Translations under genes and position numbers: made by a program
Notes under the pieces: generated by a model
The model's database searches: none
What the model was told of the DNA's origin: nothing
The model's input: only the letters and a program-made list of their open reading frames with translations
Shown here: in pieces, positions 60,160 through 64,000 of the stretch
How positions within the stretch are numbered: position 1 is the first letter of the stretch
Layout: each line of letters opens with the position of its first letter
Virus record (IMG/VR): IMGVR_UViG_3300021255_000062
Span: 32,001 to 96,000 of that record
Source: a virus
Lineage: Duplodnaviria > Caudoviricetes
Length of the DNA: 64,000 nt
Direction: 5' to 3' (one strand)

Positions 60160-60660
60160 TTAAGTCCTTGCCTCGAACCATTTTTCAATGGCTTCTCTTT
60201 GTACGTTTGTCGGTTTCGGTCCTCTGATAACCTTTCGGCTTTTTTCGTATCTTGCGAATCTGTAAAGGAATTGATTGAACTCGTCGGCGTTCATGTTGTA
60301 GATTATCAATTCTTCTTCTTCCTTCCAACCGAAGTCGAAGTTTGTGCTTTCTACTTCTTTCCAGTAGGTTTCAAGTATTGCTTCGAAGGTGTTGCCTTTA
60401 ATCGGTGCTAATGTGAATTCCCAACTTTTACAACTTGTGTGTGTTTCTTCAATGTCGCTTCCCTCGTTGTATTTTCCGTTTCCGTCCTTGTGGGTGTCGT
60501 ACCCTTTAACGAATTTATCTGCTATCTCGAAGAAGTCGCCTGCGTTGCCTCTTTTGTATTCGTTTAGAAGAGTGTCAAACCATTCGTATTTGCTCCCTCT
60601 TCTAGTGTTATCAAACTTGTAGTCAAGTCCTCTTAAGTTATAAACTGTCTTTGTTGCCAT
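60160..60660 (-). CDS. hypothetical protein (166 aa)
   Basis: GAGGAGG SD before the ATG at 60660; TTCTAA-N17-TATAAT upstream. Confidence 0.7.
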   Translation of the reverse strand: MATKTVYNLRGLDYKFDNTRRGSKYEWFDTLLNEYKRGNAGDFFEIADKFVKGYDTHKDGNGKYNEGSDIEETHTSCKSWEFTLAPIKGNTFEAILETYWKEVESTNFDFGWKEEEELIIYNMNADEFNQFLYRFARYEKSRKVIRGPKPTNVQREAIEKWFEART

Positions 60661-60884
60661 TCTGTTGGCCTCCTCTCCTCTGTTCTTGAGTCTATTATAA
60701 GGCATAAACCGGCAGATTAGAAGGCACTTTATTGCTATCAATAGGTAAATACTTGTCACGTTTCAATGGATGATATGACAAGATAGTATCAGTTGCAGTC
60801 GGCGGATCCTTCGGTAGATACTTTATTACTTTAGTGTAGTGAAGTGTCCAGGCAGGTCCAGGATAGTAGCGTTTACTTTAGTGG

Positions 60885-60923
60885 TTTAAAGTATTAAAGT
60901 ACTGTGTACTTTAATACTTTAAA
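60885..60923. repeat. perfect 18-bp inverted repeat
   Basis: TTTAAAGTATTAAAGTAC-TGT-GTACTTTAATACTTTAAA. Confidence 0.9.
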
Positions 60924-60942
60924 GTGTTGAAGTGGTATACGT

Positions 60943-60970
60943 AAAAAAAAGAATCCTTGCGGATTCTTAT
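60943..60970 (-). terminator. intrinsic terminator
   Basis: AAGAATCC-GCAA-GGATTCTT followed by T-run on the minus strand. Confidence 0.85.
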
Positions 60971-61125
60971 TTATAAAGAAGTTCTTTTGTCTGATAAAGA
61001 TTGTCAGTGAAAATGTGACCGTAAACATATCTTGTGTATGCCATGTTAGTAACGTCTTTCTTTCTTCCCCTTGCTAACTCTTTTCCGTCCTTGTCTGTTA
61101 ATACCCATACTCTCCAGTTTTTCAT
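60967..61125 (-). CDS. small early protein (52 aa)
   Basis: AAAGGAG SD; MKNWRVWVLTDKDGKELARG...; own terminator. Confidence 0.75.
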   Translation of the reverse strand: MKNWRVWVLTDKDGKELARGRKKDVTNMAYTRYVYGHIFTDNLYQTKELLYK

Positions 61126-61445
61126 TTTGTTTTCTCCTTTCGTTTGATGCTTTCTTTAACTGTCTATATATTATCATATATTGAAATATTCGTACAGATA
61201 TTTTTTTGTTATTTCAGAGAAAATTCAGGTAAATAATTGTCAATTTATTTAGGTTATGAAAGTACTTTCCCACTTGCAAATGACAACATTCTACCCGCGC
61301 GGGCGGCCGGATTCGGTGTGGACGGATTTGGTGTAGACGGATTCTAATTGTAAATGATAGAATGAATCGGTATAGTTCGGCGGTCCTGCTGCCGCCGATG
61401 AATTGAATTATTAAGAGGCAGATAATCTGTTTTGTCTTTTAATCA

Positions 61446-61760
61446 GTTAGTTATAACTAATCTATTTTGAGTTTATAAAACTAAAACTAATTTAATTAAT
61501 TTAAATTGAACAAAACTAATTTAAATTAATTGGATTAATTTTAGATTAGATACTGGTATTTAAGTTAGTTGAAACTAATCAACTAATTAGATTGATTGCA
61601 TCTTATTCAAGTTAGTTGAAACTAACCAACTAATTAAGTTAGTTGTAATTAACCAATTAATTAAGTTAGTTGCAACTAACCAACTAACTCTAATTGGTTG
61701 GTTAGTTGCAACTAACCAATTAGCACTGACTAACCGAGTTAGTTGCAACTAACCAACTAT
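61446..61760. repeat. array of palindromic GTTAGTTGCAACTAAC-type repeats (iteron-like)
   Basis: copies at 61446, 61564, 61611, 61638, 61665, 61701 and 61738, next to an AT-rich tract. Confidence 0.85.
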
Positions 61761-61783
61761 TATAGGACAAATAAAAGAGAGGA

Positions 61784-62029
61784 TTATAAATCCTCTCCCA
61801 TGTAGTCCTCGTAGCAAAGCGAGCAAATATACTCGCCTTCTTCAAAGTCGCAAGTCCAAGCTTCTAAGTCGAAGTAAGTAACCATTCTGCCACAATCTGA
61901 GCATTTGAAGACTCTCGCTTTATCAGATTCAAGAATCTTACGCAACTCTTTACATCTGTCTTTTCTTCCTGCCTTGTATTCTGCTTCCCATTCGTTTGCT
62001 ATTGCCATTACTTCATTGATTGTCATCAT
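61784..62029 (-). CDS. small early Zn-finger protein
   Basis: CSDC...CSLC; promoter TTGACA(62110)-N17-TAAGAT(62087). Confidence 0.75.
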   Translation of the reverse strand: MMTINEVMAIANEWEAEYKAGRKDRCKELRKILESDKARVFKCSDCGRMVTYFDLEAWTCDFEEGEYICSLCYEDYMGEDL

Positions 62030-62232
62030 TTTGTTTTCTCCTTTTCTTTTGTGTTTTTGTTTGCCTTCCTTAATTGCCTATATCTTATCACATACCGGCC
62101 TACTTGTCAATAGATTTTGAAAATAAAGTTGCACAAAAGATTAGATTTGTTTTTGTGCAATCTGCTGATCTCTGGCCGGCCTGCGGGTAAGTGAATTACT
62201 TGTCAACCATCAACAAATAAAAAACTGGAATC

Positions 62233-62328
62233 TTAGGATTCCAGTTCTTCTAACTCGATACCGAGCAGTTCTGCGATGTCTTCAAGTGTTGCGCCAAAAT
62301 CAAGAGCCTCTTCAATTGTGTAATTCAT
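62233..62328 (-). CDS. 31-aa highly acidic early peptide
   Basis: AAGGAGG SD; MNYTIEEALDFGATLEDIAELLGIELEELES; promoter at 62369-62397; terminator overlaps the stop. Confidence 0.7.
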   Translation of the reverse strand: MNYTIEEALDFGATLEDIAELLGIELEELES

Positions 62329-62410
62329 TTTTATTCCTCCTTTTGTGTTGCCTTCCTTAACTGTCTATATCTTATCATATTTCGGCTTATTTGTCAACAA
62401 CTTTTTGAGG

Positions 62411-62554
62411 TCAACGGCGAAGATTTTCATCTTCGCCGTTGACCTTTATGTATTCTCTTGAATACTCGTGTTCGTGATCGAACCGGACTACCACGTGGTA
62501 ATCATTCTCTTTAACAACAGTGCCCCAACCATATCTTGCATCGTATACTCTCAT
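62411..62554 (-). CDS. 47-aa SH3-like early protein
   Basis: MRVYDARYGWGTVV...VVVRFD; SD; promoter TTGACA-N17-TATAAT at 62584-62612. Confidence 0.7.
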   Translation of the reverse strand: MRVYDARYGWGTVVKENDYHVVVRFDHEHEYSREYIKVNGEDENLRR

Positions 62555-62656
62555 GTTTTTGTCTCCTTTCTTTTGATAGTTTTATTATAGCAGACAATGG
62601 GTATTTTGTCAATACCTTTTTTAATTTTTTAAAAAAAATTTTTCAATGGCGGCCGG

Positions 62657-62733
62657 AAAAAAATCAGACCGAAGGCGACGGAACCCCTTCGGCCCTAGAT
62701 GTTAAGGACGTTTCTATACCTCCTTAACTCTGT
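62657..62733 (-). ncRNA. candidate small non-coding RNA (about 75 nt)
   Basis: promoter TTGACA(62766)-N17-TATACT(62743) with extended TG; two hairpins and a U-tract; no start codon. Confidence 0.55.
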
Positions 62734-62773
62734 ATTAAGTATAACATGTTTAGGCTAGTTTGTCAAGAACCTT

Positions 62774-62920
62774 TTAAATTAATTTTCTTAATTCCTTAAG
62801 TTCCCTTTCGATTTCGAATAACTCTCTTCTGTCTTTTTCTCTCCAGTGGTCAATCATGTGGATTAAAAATTCTTTATCTTCTAACTCTTTAATTCTTTTT
62901 AAAATTTCTTCTCTTGTCAT
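62774..62920 (-). CDS. 48-aa coiled-coil early protein
   Basis: MTREEILKRIKELEDKEF...; SD; promoter at 62953-62981. Confidence 0.7.
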   Translation of the reverse strand: MTREEILKRIKELEDKEFLIHMIDHWREKDRRELFEIERELKELRKLI

Positions 62921-63066
62921 TGTTTTTATCTCCTTTCTTTGTTTCTATCTAAATTATAATATATATTTTTAAATTTGTCAAGTCTTTTTAAAAAAATTTT
63001 TTGAATTTTTTCTATTTCGATCCTGCAAAATTAGACGGCCGGCCAACGAAAAAAGTATCAGATGAA

Positions 63067-63369
63067 TTAATTCATCTGATACCCACTGTAAGTAATTTCT
63101 AAAATTACGTCATCTGTGATATTTTCAGTTCCACAAGTTCCCATTAAGCAACAAAGTAAATCACCTTTTACGTTATCTTCACAACCGTAAAACTGCCATT
63201 CATAACCTACTGCATCAACGCAAGTAACAAGGTCTTTATCATAGTCTAAGTCAACAACTTCCATACACCGCATATAAGTTTCGGGCATCTTTGTTTTTGC
63301 TGAGGTGTGGATTGTGGGAACGAGGGCTAAAACAACTAAACTAAATACTAATACTTTTAAAATCTTCAT
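63067..63369 (-). CDS. secreted or membrane early protein
   Basis: N-terminal signal-like hydrophobic stretch; promoter at 63400-63427. Confidence 0.7.
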   Translation of the reverse strand: MKILKVLVFSLVVLALVPTIHTSAKTKMPETYMRCMEVVDLDYDKDLVTCVDAVGYEWQFYGCEDNVKGDLLCCLMGTCGTENITDDVILEITYSGYQMN

Positions 63370-63525
63370 TTTTTGTATCTCCTTTCTTTATCTATATGTA
63401 TTATATCACATATAAGAGAAATGTCAATAGTTTTTTTAAAAAAAATAAAAGTTAGTTATGTCCAATCTTTTGGCCGGCCGACTTGAAAAAGTCTTGCGAC
63501 TTTTACAAGTACTCAGCATGATTAA

Positions 63526-63711
63526 TTAAGCATTTCTTAAAACTTTAAGTGAAAAGCCTAATTTTAAAACAGAAAGAACTTCATAGACTTGACTATTGTA
63601 AATATTAGTCTCATTAAAAAAGAAATGGATTCTTTTAAAAAGAAAGCCTTTAAAACCATATTCCCACCAAATTTTCCCAGTTTCAGTATTTAAAACTTTT
63701 ATTTTATACAT
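63526..63711 (-). CDS. small early protein
   Basis: SD and promoter at 63763-63791. Confidence 0.65.
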   Translation of the reverse strand: MYKIKVLNTETGKIWWEYGFKGFLFKRIHFFFNETNIYNSQVYEVLSVLKLGFSLKVLRNA

Positions 63712-63856
63712 CTTATTTACTTCCTTTCTTTTATGTTGTGTTGTCTTTCCTTAACTGTCTTTATTATACACTATGTTTGTCTTTTTGTCAATACTTTTTT
63801 GAAATTTTTTAAATTTTGCCGATGGCGGCCGGCCCGCAACAAAAAAAGATGGACTT

Positions 63857-64000
63857 TTATAAGTCCATCAATCCTTTATATAAGTCTTTAATCATTCCAT
63901 CTGTGAAGTGTTTATCTTCCATTACGTTTGCAAAGTCAATTGTGAAAGAATGTTCAAAACCCCATTTTCTAATAATATTTGTAAGCATCTCTTCTCTTGT
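63857..64000 (-). CDS. small early protein, 5' end beyond the window
   Basis: TREEMLTNIIRKWGFEHSFTIDFAN...GLMDL*; terminator hairpin at about 63840-63869. Confidence 0.65.
   Translation of the reverse strand, partial: TREEMLTNIIRKWGFEHSFTIDFANVMEDKHFTDGMIKDLYKGLMDL

Noticed and set aside
59777-60411. ORFs 59777-60043 and 59992-60411 (+)
   Set aside because: No SD, repeat-derived low-complexity sequence, and overlap antisense with the better-supported 60160-60660 gene.
60700-61440. tRNA or known structured RNA in the non-coding stretches
   Set aside because: No cloverleaf or T-loop consensus seen; only a 15-bp imperfect tandem repeat (about 61309-61344) and a small hairpin (about 61377-61398).
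61446-61760. CRISPR mini-array
   Set aside because: Sequences between repeats are short, irregular and themselves repeat-derived; no unique 30-40 nt spacers and no cas genes.

Overview
This window is a 64-kb segment of a large, AT-rich tailed dsDNA phage, probably a long-tailed siphovirus. Strong AGGAGG Shine-Dalgarno (SD) sites, sigmaA-type promoters and an anaerobic NrdD/NrdG pair point to an anaerobic Firmicutes host. Layout: (1) distal tail genes on the minus strand (1-1.9 kb); (2) a plus-strand replication and nucleotide-metabolism block of about 32 kb with a UvrD helicase, GyrB/GyrA, SSB, Sak4-like ATPase, DnaB helicase carrying a class-3 intein, primase, RecJ, HNH endonuclease, DnaE polymerase, NrdDG, ThyX-like protein, dUTPase and RuvC; (3) the minus-strand head and tail operon, from terminase to a 3609-aa tape measure (34-58.9 kb); (4) a repeat-rich early region of small self-contained promoter-ORF-terminator cassettes (59.7-64 kb). 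The main observation is in dnaE. Its conserved PHP motif (LHNHTDFS|NFRLRD) is interrupted by a 10-nt gap between a TCT take-off codon followed by TAG and a synonymous TCC landing codon. The gap lies about 50 nt downstream of a free-standing HNH endonuclease gene. This looks like a homing-endonuclease plus ribosomal-bypass cassette analogous to T4 mobA/gene 60. Other notable items: a tandem family of four proteins sharing a TP(H/K)NTN anchor motif fused to variable domains, a candidate sRNA, a GGCCGG-delimited cassette array, and strong enrichment of GC-only palindromes. All protein calls rest on motif recognition only; no searches were run.
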